DNA from: Syncephalis fuscata S228
Lineage: Eukaryota > Fungi > Zoopagomycota
Assembly: GCA_025786725.1 (NCBI GenBank)
Contig: JAHLTZ010000001.1
Span: 941,273 to 1,005,272, forward strand
Direction of reading: 5' to 3'
Length of the DNA: 64,000 nucleotides
This document shows, piece by piece, positions 1 to 14,400 of this stretch. The position numbers were made by a program, and so were the translations under genes. Under the pieces are notes generated by a model. It did no database searches, had not been told where the DNA came from, and saw only the letters and a list, made by a program, of their open reading frames with translations. Every line of letters starts with the position of its first letter. Positions within the stretch are counted from its first letter, which is position 1.

Positions 1-181
1 TACTACTACTAATAATAATAATACTAATCATGTTGATATCATTGCCATGATAACAAGATTATATGGATCCATTATTTATTATGAATAATAAACATTGGTT
101 ACAACTTTTACTATAATTGCGCTATGTAGAAAGTATCTTTAATCTTTCAATAATGATGATGGTTAAAAAGACATCTTTCCA

Positions 182-2732
182 TTAGACAAATGGTTCTAAA
201 TTGAACTCCAATGCTGAACAAGGATAAGTAATTTCAAAGTTTTGTAATACTTTGGGATGTATTACACCCATAGTACCCACTGTCTTGACTACTTTGTCTT
301 CAGTTCGTAGATAAATATTGGCACTTCGACCAGGGAAATAAGTAGGATCTATACATTAATTACATAGATGCTATTAGTAATGGTCTATTAATGTGTATCG
401 ATATATACATACTTTCATGTTCAGCAATGAAATAGCCTGATTTGACACCATTGGCAGCCACTAGTGGAATATCAAGCATATGCATGATTCGATTAAGTGC
501 ACCATGAATAATCTATTACGTATATATATATAGATATAGATATAGATATAGATATAGATATAGAAAGAATTAATATCCACTTACCTCGAATCCACTTGTT
601 TTATTGCTGTAGACCGCACAGACATGACGTTCATTACGGGCACGTCGTTCTTCACGATCATCCTTTAATCCAACATCGGATACTTCAAAGATACGCAATG
701 GCAATGGATGCTTTCTATTACTGCATACCGTCTTTAATAGACCAGGTAACAATAGACTGCGTACTACCTATCACATTGTATACACAAATATGAATATTAA
801 ACTAAATAACCCAAATACACACTTACTTGATATTCGACAGTTTTTGGATTGGCCAATTTAATCGCTACTGTGCCATCATCCACTTGATTAAGGAAAGCGT
901 AATTCTCATCATGTGAACACTAACAACAACAGTATCAATATTATTATACAACTATCTATCTATCTATCTATCTAATTATGTACTTACTAGGATGAGTGGA
1001 AGTACTTCAGTCCAACTGGATAGTGCAAATTCACGACGTATTTGATCACTAAGCTTATTGATAGGCAATGGAGCAGCAATAGTGTTGGTATTGGGGAAGA
1101 TACGCTTAATCTTGTTATAACCATAGGCAACTGCTACATCTTCCATGATATCACAGGCATGTAGAATATCGCTACGAGTAGGTGGCACTTTAGTAGTAAT
1201 AGTATGACCATCTGGTAACACAGCAGCATTCAATCCCATACGCTGTAAGTAATTAACAATTTGTGATGATTCTAATTGTACGCCTACACAGCCATTGATA
1301 TAATCAGTCTGAGCATCAATGACATATTCACTCAAATCAGGATAACGTAGAGTTTTGTTTTCAGGACTTGAATAAATAACATCAACTGGTTCAATACTAT
1401 TAAATAGTTAAATGGTTATTAATAGAATAGAGTAGTTATTATATTTAATTACCTCCATTGATCGGCACAGTATTCAGAAAAGGCTGTAACAATAGTGTTA
1501 AGTACAATACGGGCCTTGGTTAAATCAGTTGCTGTACATTCAATAAGTATATTCTTTGTTTCTGTCGTAATCTTTGAATGATTGCCATTAATAATAGGTG
1601 GCAATGAGAGAACTGTATTATTGGCATCATATACCACTGGATAGACAGGAGAATCACGAATAATTGGTAGATATTTTGATAAATGGCGATCATTCTATAC
1701 AGATATATAATATTCATATCATATTATATTAATATATTAATATATTTATATATAATATAAATAATTACCTCGTAAAATGACATTAAAGTATTACCATCCA
1801 TAGACACTTCTTGGTTAAGTGGAATAAAGTCAATGTCTTTTGGTGACTGAGCTTTATAGTAGAATGGACCCTTAATAGTATCAAAATCGTGTGTACCAAT
1901 AGAAACAAGTGTACGTTTACTAATCATATAACATTATATATTAACATATATATTAATATATTAATATATTAACATGTATAATAGTAAACTTACCGGCAAA
2001 TGTTTTGATGTAATTTCTCTTGTAGATCAATAAAACTGTTGTAACGGAAAGAATTGAGTTCAACATTGCGTAGAATGGCTGCTACAACAAATGGACGCAC
2101 TTGAGCCACCTTATGCAATGGTTATTAACTACTTAATAAACAATATACACTATTCATTTAAGACTTACCTCTGGATCAACATAGAGTTTCTCTATAGGTC
2201 GACCAATAGTGACAGTTGGATCACTAAGATGATATTGAGGTGGCTTCATCTTCTCTTGGAATATCAACAATGATTTGGCAATACCCTCCAAACAGAGTAA
2301 ATCATATCTAATAGATTACATAATAGCGTTATTATAATATATGTATGTATATAGATATGTATATTATATACCGATTAGCAGAATATCAATCTTTAGAATA
2401 GAGCGATCGGATAGACCCTCGGCCTTTTCAGCGCCCTTTTCGCGCGTAGCCATTTCCTTCTCGGATGTCTATTTGATTACAAAAACCGTTACAACTATAA
2501 ATAGATAGAGAGAGAGAGAGAGAAAGAAAAGTGCAATCAATAGCATAACTTACGTCTTCATCGAGCTCAATACCAAATTCAAAGCATAAGTCGCGAAACT
2601 CTTCGGTGGCTATAGATAGTAGAGTATAGATTAGTAGGTATTTTCTTTTTTTTATTTCTCTTTATAGTACTTACTATAGGAACGACCCAGTGCCTTGAAT
2701 AGCTCCTCTTTATCAACGTTAACGGTCGGCAT
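182..2732 (-). CDS. FRS1: Phenylalanyl-tRNA synthetase beta subunit (cytosolic), multi-exon
   Basis: Starts [16 protein letters not shown]. Contains [50 protein letters not shown] and LPGLLKT...[10 protein letters not shown], and ends LEFNLEPFV*. Introns are GT-AG. Confidence 0.97.
530..563. repeat. (ATAGAT)n microsatellite in an intron
   Basis: Read directly from the sequence. Confidence 0.9.
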
Positions 2733-3533
2733 GATGGCGGTTCGTGTACGTAGTAGTAATGTACCAACAGTAACGATAATAACAAGACACGGAAGAAAAA
2801 ACAAAAGGAATCCGATCAAGAAAGAAAAAACTGAGATAGAAAGTGGGTGCCAATCTATTAATATATTTCTATGATTGATGATGATGATGATGATACCACT
2901 AATCATATAAATATTAATCATCTCTTTCTAATTGATTAGAGATGATCTATAATTTACATTAGAAACTATTAGGTTTTATTGATAGTATAGAATAATAGGT
3001 AAACAGTACTATCTAGTATGATGACTGACGTCAGAATGTATCATAGCTGCATAAGGCGCGTTTTACCCGTCTATTGAATGGTCCATCTATGGATTCAAGT
3101 CAATGGTGTATCTATTGTTGTGTGGGTGAATGCATGCATCTATATCCACCATCCTTTACAGTAACAATTACTGTGTCCCCTTTTGCAATGTGTGTGTGTG
3201 TTACCAACACTTGTGCATATAAAGTGAATTTTCTCACGTTTTCTATGTCTCATTGTCTATCAGTGCATACACCAGATGGGGATACAGACAACCAGTATAA
3301 ATACGTCGATGGTACAGCGGTTTATCGTCGTTGTCGTCATCATCGCTTCCTTCTTCGTATTCTTCTCTACTGTTCCATCTGCTTCTTTTTTACCACTGTT
3401 TGCACATCGACTACTAGTCTATTTGCAAGGATTATCTACTTAGTAACACCACTATTGTTCAAGTTGCCAGTCTACCTTAACTGCTACCCCTCATAGTGTT
3501 TACTATTCAAGCATTGTATACTTATACTTCAAC

Positions 3534-5483
3534 ATGGCTTCTACTCTTAATAGCGATACGCTTATTCATATGGAGGCAGAATATGCCGCCCACAAGTGAG
3601 TAATGCAAGCGTTATACTGACTATAACCAACAACCACCACTGTTGTGTACTAATAACACGTCCACTACTAGCTATCACCCAATGCCTGTGGTATTTGAAA
3701 AGGCTCAAGGTGTTCACGTATGGGATCCAGAGGGCAAAAAGTACTTGGACTTTTTATCAGCTTACTCGGCGTCAATCAAGGTAACCATGCTATAATTCGA
3801 CTAAATGCTTTTTATAATAAATGTTAACACTGGAATATGTAACTATGATTGTCATCATTAGGCCATTCACATCCCAAGATTATTAAGGCTTTAACAGATC
3901 AAGCAAGCAAGTTGTGTCTAAGTTCCCGTGCCTTTTACAACAACATGTTGCCTCAATATGCCAAATTCATTACCGAGGTAGGCATTTGTAGTTTATTGCT
4001 GCGTTACTAAGACTACAATAATGATGCAATTTAGTATTTTGGCTTTGATATGATGTTGCCTACAAACACTGGCGCTGAAGCTGTAGAGACAGCAATTAAG
4101 ATGTCTCGCAAATGGGGCTATTCCAAGGTAGGTTGCTATTGATTAGTTGTCTGCAATTAATATATACTTACTATATATATACTATATAATAGAAAGGTAT
4201 TCCTGAGAATGAAGCAATTGTTATTGCCTGTGAGGGCAACTTCCATGGTCGTACACTTGGTGTAGTGTCAATGTCGAGTGATCCCGAAGCACGTAAACAC
4301 TTTGGACCTTTCCTTCCTTTGGTCACTAGTTGCTGCCCACAAACTGGTAAGGATTGAATTGGTCGTTATTGCAATTGTAGCTTATATTCATCACCATAAT
4401 GGTCCTTTATTTATTGATTATAGGCAAAGCAATTCGTTATAATAACATTCCAGATATTGAAGCGGTATTTGAAGCTCATGGTCACAAAATGGCTGCATTC
4501 TTGGCAGAGCCCATCCAAGGAGAAGCAGGGTAAGTAGCTATATTAATATAGCTAATTATTAGTTACTTGGCATCTAATATGGCTTGGTGTTGCTGTTTCT
4601 TATGTTTAGTATTGTTGTACCAGATGATGCTTTCCTTCGTCGTGCTTATGAACTTTGTCAAAAGCATAATGTTCTGTTTATTGCAGACGAGATCCAAACG
4701 GGTATTGGCCGTACTGGCAAATTGCTAGCTATTAACCATGTTGGCATCAAACCTGATATTGTTACCCTGGGCAAGGCACTTAGTGGTGGTGTCTATCCCG
4801 TAAGCGCGGTTCTTTCGAGTAAAGAAATCATGCTATGCATTGAGCCTGGTAAGTAGTGGCTGATGGATATAGATCTATAGTATAATATACTTATTGTATC
4901 TACAGGTTCTCACGGCAGTACATTTGGTGGTAATCCACTTGCTTGTGCTGTGGGCATTGCTGCTTTGAATGTCATTAAAGATGAGAAATTGACTGAAAAT
5001 GTACGTATTGCTAATAGATAAACACTATATATATAGTGAATACTAATTAGCATTTAATTGATACTAGGCTGCACAACAAGGTGAATTATTGCGTCAATTA
5101 TTACGTGATATCAAACATCCATTGGTTAAAGAAAGTAGGTTTATAAGTATATATATATATAATTGTGTATATAATTATATTAACCATTTATCATTACTCT
5201 ATTGACTATAATGATGACAGTTCGTGGTCGTGGTCTATTGAACGCCATTGTTGTTGACGAAAAACTGATGCCCGGCAAGACGGCATGGCATCTGTGTCTA
5301 TTAATGAAGGAGAACGGCCTGTTGGCCAAACCTACTCACGACACGATCATTCGACTCGCTCCACCTCTATGTGTTAATGAGGAACAAATTCGTGAAGCTG
5401 TCGAGATATTCAAGAAAAGTATTAGCGATTTGGAGGCAGTAGTTGATGTGAAGACTATTCCAGGCATGGAATATGAACACTGA
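3534..5483 (+). CDS. CAR2: Ornithine aminotransferase (class III PLP-dependent), multi-exon
   Basis: Contains [44 protein letters not shown], the PLP lysine motif [20 protein letters not shown] and [18 protein letters not shown]. Confidence 0.97.
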
Positions 5484-6595
5484 TTAATAAATGGCCATAT
5501 TAACACTCTCTCAGTCTTTGATAATGAAAGAATAGACTATTACATTTAGTGTTGCTGTATAGGCAAACAAAAAGATAAAATAGGCCTTAACAAGCTACTT
5601 TATTAAACAGAGTCTACTATGCACACTATATACTATGTATTTTAGTGCTAATACGTTGTTTGTTATTGTCGTCTCAAAGTATCTAATAACGAGATATGTT
5701 TATTATTAGAACTGGATAGCAAAGGCTGAGTATAAATAAATCGATATGTAAATAATGCACATCGGTAATCTAATGTTTAAAATGTGCCCTTTAATAGCTG
5801 TATATAATAGCCAATAGTTGTATACTATGGTTATGAGAACCATATTTGGTAATACCAATTATCTGGTTCTTTTATTTAATATTAATAGCTGTACTACTTG
5901 TTACTTTGCTTTATGTTTCGCATTTATTAAATCTATTTTACTGAACAATAAATAAACTATAGATCATACATGGCTGCCATAATAAACGGGATTGTCGGCC
6001 ATCAATTAGTATACACGACTTCTATATTAGTTTACTATCGCGCCATAAATTGGTAATCACTGTTTCAGCACGTTTTCCCCCTCATACCACAAATAACAAA
6101 AGTAGCCTTAACGGTTGCATGTGATGCCTATCACGTTTCAGTTGTCTTCAATATAAGAAGCGGTGTCTGTTCACAGCGATCGTTTTAGCGTGTAAATGTC
6201 ACATCATCGCGTGGATGATGAGCTGTTTTGGGAACACGGACTTGCGTAAAACAGCTAATAATTTATTTGTTTGCATATTAAAGCACGTTATACTTTTGTA
6301 TTTGTACGTTGTTGTCGTCGTCGTCGTCGTCGTCGTCTCCTTCCTTCCTCTCTAGCGTGCGCTCTTTTTCTTTCGTTCTCTTGTTCTCTCGTTCTTGCTT
6401 ATTTATGTTTACGGTTTCTTTTGTTATTTTAGCCGTTTTTTCTATTGCTTAGAGGTAATATATCAATACTGTACGCTCCGTACTGTTGTCAGGCATATTG
6501 CTAGTTTTGTTTGAGACTGGGTGGTTTATTTGAACGGTGGAATTCAACACTGGCGGTTGTTTCTTTTCTCCACCACCTTCACTATAGCTCTCTCT

Positions 6596-8057
6596 ATGAC
6601 TAGACTTTCTTCATGGCATGCGGCCGCAGGCGGTCGTCGAGCGACAACTAACAACCTTAACTCGCAACCGCGTCCCACTTCATGGGCCTGGTGGCAGCAA
6701 CGAGAAACGGTAAGCTAATGAACGCGATTATTGTTATCCACATCAATTGATTAATAGTAATTATTTATTAGCCGCAATCAAACTGGTTACGCACATTGTG
6801 GGGTACTGCGCTAGCACTTGATCTTATTATGGTAGTGATGCAGGCCACCGTAATTGGCGTCATATGCAGTGACGATCACAATGCTACACTTACGACTTCA
6901 GTACCGCTTGTACAACATACAATGCATCTGGCAATGTCTATTTATAATTTTATACTGCTATGGGATGCACTGCATCGACGAAATCTCCCACAACTCATTG
7001 GGGCAATCGCTATGCACTTCTCAAGTGCCATCTACGCTATACTACAAGCCACACTTGATGCAACACTGAACTCAGAATTCACTTCGGATAATCTGCATGT
7101 ACATCGCTCTTTACATGCTATCAAAGTAATTGATGCCATTATTGCATTAGCCGGTGCGGTTGTATTGGCATCACTTGTTCGAAAAGCTCGTGGTGATTTT
7201 GGCTGGCGAGTATTTAAACATCTAGGCGCAGATCCTAGACTAAAGCGTAAGTAATGTGCTATGTAGTAATATTAGTTTATTTATTTATTATTGTGTTATT
7301 AGGTGTCTATGCTATTCATCACTCATTGCTTGCAGCTATAAAAATCAACTTATTTTATTTTATTATTTATTTACTTCAGTATGGCTTACTTTCTGAAATA
7401 AGTGCAAAATCGCCAACAAAAGGCAGTTGGATCGAGTATGATTCTGATTCGAATTTAATCTCTATTGCAATATCAGTCGGTGCGGGTATTCCTCTTTCTG
7501 TGCTTAATGCTGGCCTAGTGATACTTGCCGTAGTAGTTATTGGTGTATATACTTGTATTTAGTGTATTAATATAATTAAATAGATTCAACGAGAAAATCG
7601 TGGGCTATTATCTGTTTTTATCTTTACACTTATGCTTGGCAGTGGCTTTCTTTTGTATCACATTACAATGGCTAGTACACAGGCAATTCAGTTTGGTTAT
7701 GATACATCCGAGGGATTTATTATTTCATTAGTAACAGGTTAGTAATATTTATAAATTGATAAATAAATTATATCTAATCGACATTTGATCTGTTTATATT
7801 AGCTACTTTATCTTTTCTTTGGATTACTATTACGGCTATCTGTGCTTTCTCTATATTCCCGTACTTTGGTTCAGGGATTTATCGACATGGTAAATAACTA
7901 GCTAGCAATTAAGTGCTAAATACTAACGAATAGCTGTATAGTTCGTCGCAGTGAAATCCCCAAAGAGATTATGCCCGGTGCGGCAGGCTACCAAAACACT
8001 AGAGAAACAATCTATGAGAATGCCACGGGAGCCATTTCAAGATGGTCAATAGAGTAA
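6596..8057 (+). CDS. Multi-pass membrane protein resembling the fungal UPF0658 family
   Basis: Spliced ORF with several hydrophobic segments. The motif DFGWRVFKHLGADPRLKR..Y....L....K is typical of this family as I recall it. Confidence 0.6.
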
Positions 8058-8317
8058 TTTATTTGTTTTATTATATGCATTATAGTTACGTTAGTTAAAT
8101 TATTACTGTTTTAATTTCATTTGCTTTCTAAGCTTCTTATGACACATAAGTGATGATTAAAAATATTAAAGCATTCAAATAAAAATACACGATGTTTCAT
8201 TAAACTTTGTTATTATGTTATATTAATAGAATAGAATGGGCAATTATCCATGAATGGCTTCATTATTGGCATATTAACATTTAGTATTATTAATATCAAT
8301 ACTCTATCTACAATTTA

Positions 8318-9718
8318 TTAGAGCTTTGCTGCTGGTTTTCGGTACTTTTCCAACAATGGCTCCAATTCTTTGGGCAAGTCGATATCCAAATCGGATGGAT
8401 AGCCAATGTATGCCGCTGTACTTGGCTCTTGACTGAATAACGCATCATCCGTGCCTTGATTATAATAAGCTAGTCAGTAACTATAAAAGCCACCTATTAA
8501 TTAGTACTTGCCTTTTGCTAGGGAACTACCCCATCAACGGCCATTTCTATACCGTTAATATAGGCTGCTGCTGGTGATACGAGAAAAGTAACAGCAGCGG
8601 CTATTTCACTTTCTGTTCCCATACGACCTGTTGGATTCTAATCGACCAGTAAATACAAATACTCGCTTTACTCTATGTACTGCTTACCTTCCAGGCTACA
8701 TCTGAGAATATACGCTGCAATACACCACTTGGATAGTTATTCATACCATTACCAATGATAGAGCCAGGTGCTAAACTATTAATACGCACACCGGATGGAC
8801 CCCATTCAATGGCCAATGTTTTTACTAAATTGCTCACTAATTCACGACTGGTTATCAGTCGATTGCCATATTAATGGTCGGCTATTTAGTAGTTACCGCC
8901 AGCTCTAGCTGCTCCTGAATGTGCCATAAATGGCATTCTGTAGGTTTAGTCATTAGTGGCTTAATAGTTGCTTGTAAATGGTCTGCACGTACCCATTACG
9001 ACAATCCGCTGTCACGCAGACAATATTACCGCCGTGATCTTTCATCCAAGCATCGTATACGGATCGACACATATGCCAGGTACCGTTTAAGTTAAGATCG
9101 ATAACACTGTTCCAACCATTTTTTGAAATGGCTGCGGCCGGTCCGTAAAACTGGCCTCCTGCGCTATTCTAATGCAGAAATGGATGTAATGATTTATGCT
9201 ATTATTATGACACCTTTATCTGCCAGTCAATACTTACGACAAGTATATCGATGCGATGATACTGCTGTACCACCTTTTGAACACCTTGAGCAGCACTTTC
9301 CATATCTCGAATGTTAATAGCAACATAATCAGCCTATATTAAATTAGTACTTATTATTGTGGTAATTACTTATTTAACTTGCTTTGCCATTGCGTGCTTT
9401 AATTTCATTGACAACTCGTTTTAACGCGTCCACTTTACGGCCAGCTACAATGACCGTGGCATTTAAGCTGTGTATTACAGAAATGTATAAGTACTATTAG
9501 TGTAGCTAGTTCACCAACCAATTACCTTGCTAGCTCATGAGCAACACAGCGTCCAATACCTAAGAAATAGTTGTTTATTAAAGTATATACATATAGGTTA
9601 GGTTAAACGTATTTCTAGAACAACAAGCGCCGTTACCCGTTCCGCCTCCGGTTATCAAGGCTACCTTGCCTTCAAATAGACCAGGAGCAAAAATACTTTT
9701 ATATGATGAGGTCGACAT
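8318..9718 (-). CDS. Peroxisomal SDR (trans-2-enoyl-CoA reductase / 2,4-dienoyl-CoA reductase-like)
   Basis: Contains SIFAPGLFEGKVALITGGGTGIG, GGQF, HSGAARA and GVRINSLAPG. The C-terminus RKPAAKL* is a PTS1 signal. Confidence 0.88.
8455..8511 (-). other. GC-AG intron in the SDR gene
   Basis: Minus strand reads AAAG|gcaagt...ttactgac...caag|GCACG; splicing gives GSSLAKGTDDA in frame. Confidence 0.75.
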
Positions 9719-9916
9719 TGTTATTCAAGTTAATAAAAAGGAAAGACTGAATTATTGTGGGGAATCTGACATGGCTATATATGTACATTTATATAAATAC
9801 GTGTTCATTCGGTACTTTATAATGCCGATTGAACTATGGTTATTGCAGCACAGTATCAGTTTATTTTGTGAATTTATTTAACTGGATTTGAGTCATCACC
9901 ATCGTGCTATGTGACG

Positions 9917-10788
9917 TTAACGACGACGCCATACCACAAGCCGTTCTCTGCCTGCTCGTCCTGGAACAGAAGGCGGATTAGTGTCTTCAAATACCACATC
10001 AAAATTGGCGCCCAATTGATGATGGTAGACCTCAGTGGACAACTTGAATGGTGGACCAGTTGTTAGCGATTCGTCCAATGGAAACATCAATGTTATTAAT
10101 AAGCCACCAGGACGGATGACTTGAGCCATACGGCGACCCCAATCATCTCGTTGTTCCGGTTGAATGGCACATAAAAAGCTATTTATATAGCAATTGATTA
10201 GCCATAGTACTCGTGCGTAGTAGTGCTATACTAACGTGTAATCAAATAGCAAATCGTATGGTTCTCCTATAGAGTCGGTGAAAAAATCGGCCAAAATAAA
10301 GTTTGCATCGATATTTGTTTCTTGTGCATGCTATATACAGTTGATTATTTAGTGCTATGATAATAAACGAGTGAATTAAAACTACCTTGCGACATGCCTC
10401 CAATGCAGTTGAGCTGATTTCTGCACCAGTAGTTTGGTAACCATGCTTAGTTAGATAAAGCACATCATACCCCTACAGAGAGAGAGAGAGATGTGATTTG
10501 CGTTAATGATAAATGGACAGCCGTGTTAAGTCATCTACTTCTCCACATCCTGGCACAAGCGCCTTTTTGTTATTTCCTGGTGCTAATCCAGGCACTTTAT
10601 CAGCATGCTTTTCAAACAGCGCTACAAGAGGTGGTGAAGGCTCGTTCATATTCCATGGAGTTGCACCTTCCTGCCACAACTTTTCCCACCCTACAATGCA
10701 TATGGTAAATACAATGAGCACTAGCAAGTTATTGGTGGCAATACTGACCTCCTTTTTGTTTAGCTATGCCTTGTATATGAGCGTTCAT
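9917..10788 (-). CDS. SAM-dependent thiol/halide methyltransferase (TPMT/HOL family)
   Basis: Contains GWEKLWQEGATPW, KALVPGCGEGYDV, DFF, FLCAIQP and RPGGLLITLMFPL...GPPF. Confidence 0.88.
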
Positions 10789-11435
10789 ACCTATTATCTG
10801 AACAAGAAAGAATTTGCAGTAGCTTGGATGAACAAAAAATGCAAGTTTATTTATATTCTATGGATTAGGATTTATGCAATGAAACAGGTCTGTTTTGCAT
10901 TGATTTTAAAAATAACGTAGTTTTGCTTCCTTTTCTATCTAATGCTTACTCATCAGGTTCATTGTTACCAGTCTGTTTTTATTTTTATTTGGATATTCAG
11001 TGATCATTGATTAAAGTTCCTTATTGATTAATAAGCTTCATACATAAAAAATGTAAATATAGAATAGATATGCATGGCAATCTGTTAGATCAAAGTATTA
11101 TACAAAAATAAAAACATGTGTGATACTTTTGATTATTTTAGTGTCTTGGTATAGGGTCGATTGTTATGGTAAAACATCCAATATGACATGTTTTATTCTC
11201 CAGCTTTTATAATGCCAATTTCAATTCAATGGTTCCGCTAAATAGGCCAGCTGATTAAATAATTATGTCTATGTTATTTGATTAGCTTAACAGTTGTATT
11301 GCCATTAAATAAGCTATCAACGAGGGCCATTGTAACGCTGTTTTGTTTTTTAAATAAATTCCGGTTTAGATTTAAATGGTGTAACCATGATGACGTGTAT
11401 AGCTGGAACGACATGGCACACTTGAGTGGTTAGCC

Positions 11436-14400
11436 ATGTATACGTGTCTATCATTCTTTACTCGAATTTCGCGTAACCATATCTGCTTTTTTCTTTTTTC
11501 TTTAAGCTGTCGTATTTATAACGTATGAAAACGTACCTGTAAAAATGCAAGTAACCAATAATACAAATAGAATAAATTAATAGCCGATATTTTGCTATTA
11601 CAGGTTTAATTACGATATTATCCCAGCTTCTGTATTGGGATTATCAATATGCCTACTAGTATTACGCTGGTGTAGTTTCAGTAATGATGAACAATCCTAT
11701 GGTTATTATTTACTATTAACTAAAGCAAGAAATGAGTATCAAATAATTGACGATGATGATGGATGACCGATGACAATGAAGAGGAGAAAGATTTGAATGA
11801 TCACATCGCCAACACAGATTTTGATTCATCAAGTCATCCGCTTGAATTAAATAGAATAAGCGTTCTGTTTGACCGATCATTAGCAGTGCACAAACAAGTG
11901 AAGGATTATCATAGAAAAACAAGCATGCTTAAGCTTATAGGCTGTAGTGTTGCACTTTTTGCCATTTTATATCATATCTCGCTTATCCTCTGTTTTCACA
12001 AGTCATTTCATATGAGTGATTTACCGCTATTTTCATTATTAATCTGGGTGAGTTGAATTATTCAAACATTACATGTTATAATATTAATAACAACAACTCA
12101 TATTAATTATAGGCTTATGCTACAGCATTGTCTATTTTTGATGTAAGCTATCCACGAAGATCTGCTCAACCATATTTCGTAACCGCCCATCAAGTGGTGA
12201 TTATTATTTTCAGCTCTATATGGGTCTTTATCGATATTATCCAACATCTTGCTATAATTCAATCAAATCTTAGAACCAGCGCACTATATGTGCTCTTATC
12301 ACAACTTTTGGTGCTTTTATATCATTTATTGGTGCATTAAATACAAGAAATTTTGCTAAAGAGGCTGAAAATGGTCGGCTGGAATCATTGCACACTGGTG
12401 CTTCAATACTCGGGCGGCTAACCTTCGACTGGGTGAAGCCATTATTGACCGTAGGTGCTAAGCATACGCTAGAAGATATCGATATGTGGGAGCTTCCTTT
12501 GGGAAACCAAACCAATGATGCACAAAAAGCATATTTACGACACAAGTAAGTGATTGTATAAAATGAATGAATTAAACAGTGTTAACTATTTATTGTTGCA
12601 TTTAGACAATATTCAGTATTACGTGGCATTGTAAATACCTATCGAAAAGACTCGGTAGTACTTGTTATCTTATCACTTATGTGGGGCTGCGCCGTATATA
12701 TGTCTCCCATATCTCTTTCTATTCTGCTTGGTTATTTAGAAAAGACAGATAGCTATTCTTATTTTGAACTTTGGGTCTGTGTAATTGGTATGACTGCAGG
12801 ACCAATTATTAGTAGTTTTGTTTTTCAACAAGCCATGTTTCTAAGTGGACAATTAGCGATGCGTGCAAGAGCCATTATATCACAGGAAATTGTTCAAAAA
12901 TGCTTAACACGTCAACAGCCTTTATTTGAGCAAGATAATTGCGAAAAATCTACCTCAAACTCTCAATTGATTCTTCACAAACTGGTTGGACTAATGGTGC
13001 TGTTATAACACTGATTAATGTAGATGCCCAAGCTGTTGGCGATTTTTTCATTTATATTCCTTTTTGCCTTGGTGAAGGCTTGCAGATTATTAATGCATTT
13101 GCGCTGCTAGGGCTGCTACTTGGCTGGTCGGCTGCTGTAGGCGGTTTGTTTTTGTTTTTGATCACTATTTTACTACAATATCTAGCCGTGCTACTCGAAC
13201 TGTAATTGATGAAATGATGGTCGCCACAGATCGGCGTATATCAATAATTAGCGAGGTAAACAGGATGATCACTTATTTAATCGATGATTACTAAAACTAT
13301 AAATTAGGTATTGCAATCAATACGTATTATTAAATTCTTTGCCTGGGAGCCGCAAATGACTGAGCGTATTGAGCAAGCACGCGAGAATGAACTAAGCATA
13401 CTTTGGCGCCGTCTTATTCTATTTATCTGTACAATCGTTAATATTATTGGTGGGCCGGTCATTGTCTTTTGTGCATCTCTCGGCGCTTACTCTGTCGTGT
13501 TCGGCCATATCCTAACACCTCAAGTGGTGTTCACCTCTATTGCCTTATTTGAGATACTTAAAGAGGCATCCATTGCTATACCGTCGGTCATCTTTCGCTT
13601 TGCACAATGTCATGTAAGCCGTATTCGAATTGCCGAGTTTCTCTCGCAGCCCGATGCCATGAGTCTTCATATCAGCGACTATTCCGACACGCCAGAAAGC
13701 ACTGAGCGTATTGGATTTGCAAATTGCACTTTTAGTTGGACAGCCATTGAAGAATCACTGAATTTTAATCATGACTATAGTCAAGCACCTAGCCATAACT
13801 TTGCATTATCTAATTTGCATTTTGATTTTGTTATTGGACATCTTAATTTGGTAGTTGGACCCACTGGATGTGGTAAAACATCATTGCTTATAGGACTGCT
13901 TGGTGGTAAGTAACATTTGTATTTAGATTTGCAGATTATTTTATTTTATTTTATTGTGTAAATCATAATAATTAGAAATGCCATGTGTCAAGGGAAAGGC
14001 ATTTTTGCCACGAAAGCGCAATAGTTTTGCTAAGAAGGGCCGTCCAAGCAGAAGTGATATTGCCTATGTGGCACAGCAGTCATGGCTGCGAAATGTATCC
14101 ATTCGAGACAATATCTTATTTGGACAACCTTACAATGCTGAGCGCTACAGTGAAGTAATTAGAGCATGTGCATTGGAGCGTGATCTAGAAATATTAGATG
14201 CTGGTGACCGAACACACATTGGTGAGAAAGGAATTACACTGTCTGGCGGCCAAAAGCAGCGAGTATCACTGGCACGTGCCATCTACAGCCCAGCTCGGCA
14301 TATTCTTCTCGATGATTGTCTTTCTGCGGTGGATTCACATACTGCACAATTTATTGTCAAAGAATGTATTCTTGGCCCAATTATGCGTAGTCGGACGTGT

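Noticed and set aside
3026-3033. TGACGTCA (CRE/ATF-like) site in the FRS1-CAR2 divergent promoter
   Set aside because: A single 8-mer cannot be called functional without conservation data; the same 8-mer also occurs in a repeat arm near 49506.
3074-3496. 140-aa ORF upstream of CAR2
   Set aside because: It has a non-ATG start, low-complexity promoter/5'UTR composition and no recognisable motif.
6200-6260. Two small hairpins with a TGATGA box suggesting a snoRNA
   Set aside because: No convincing box D or terminal stem was found, and the region is a probable promoter.
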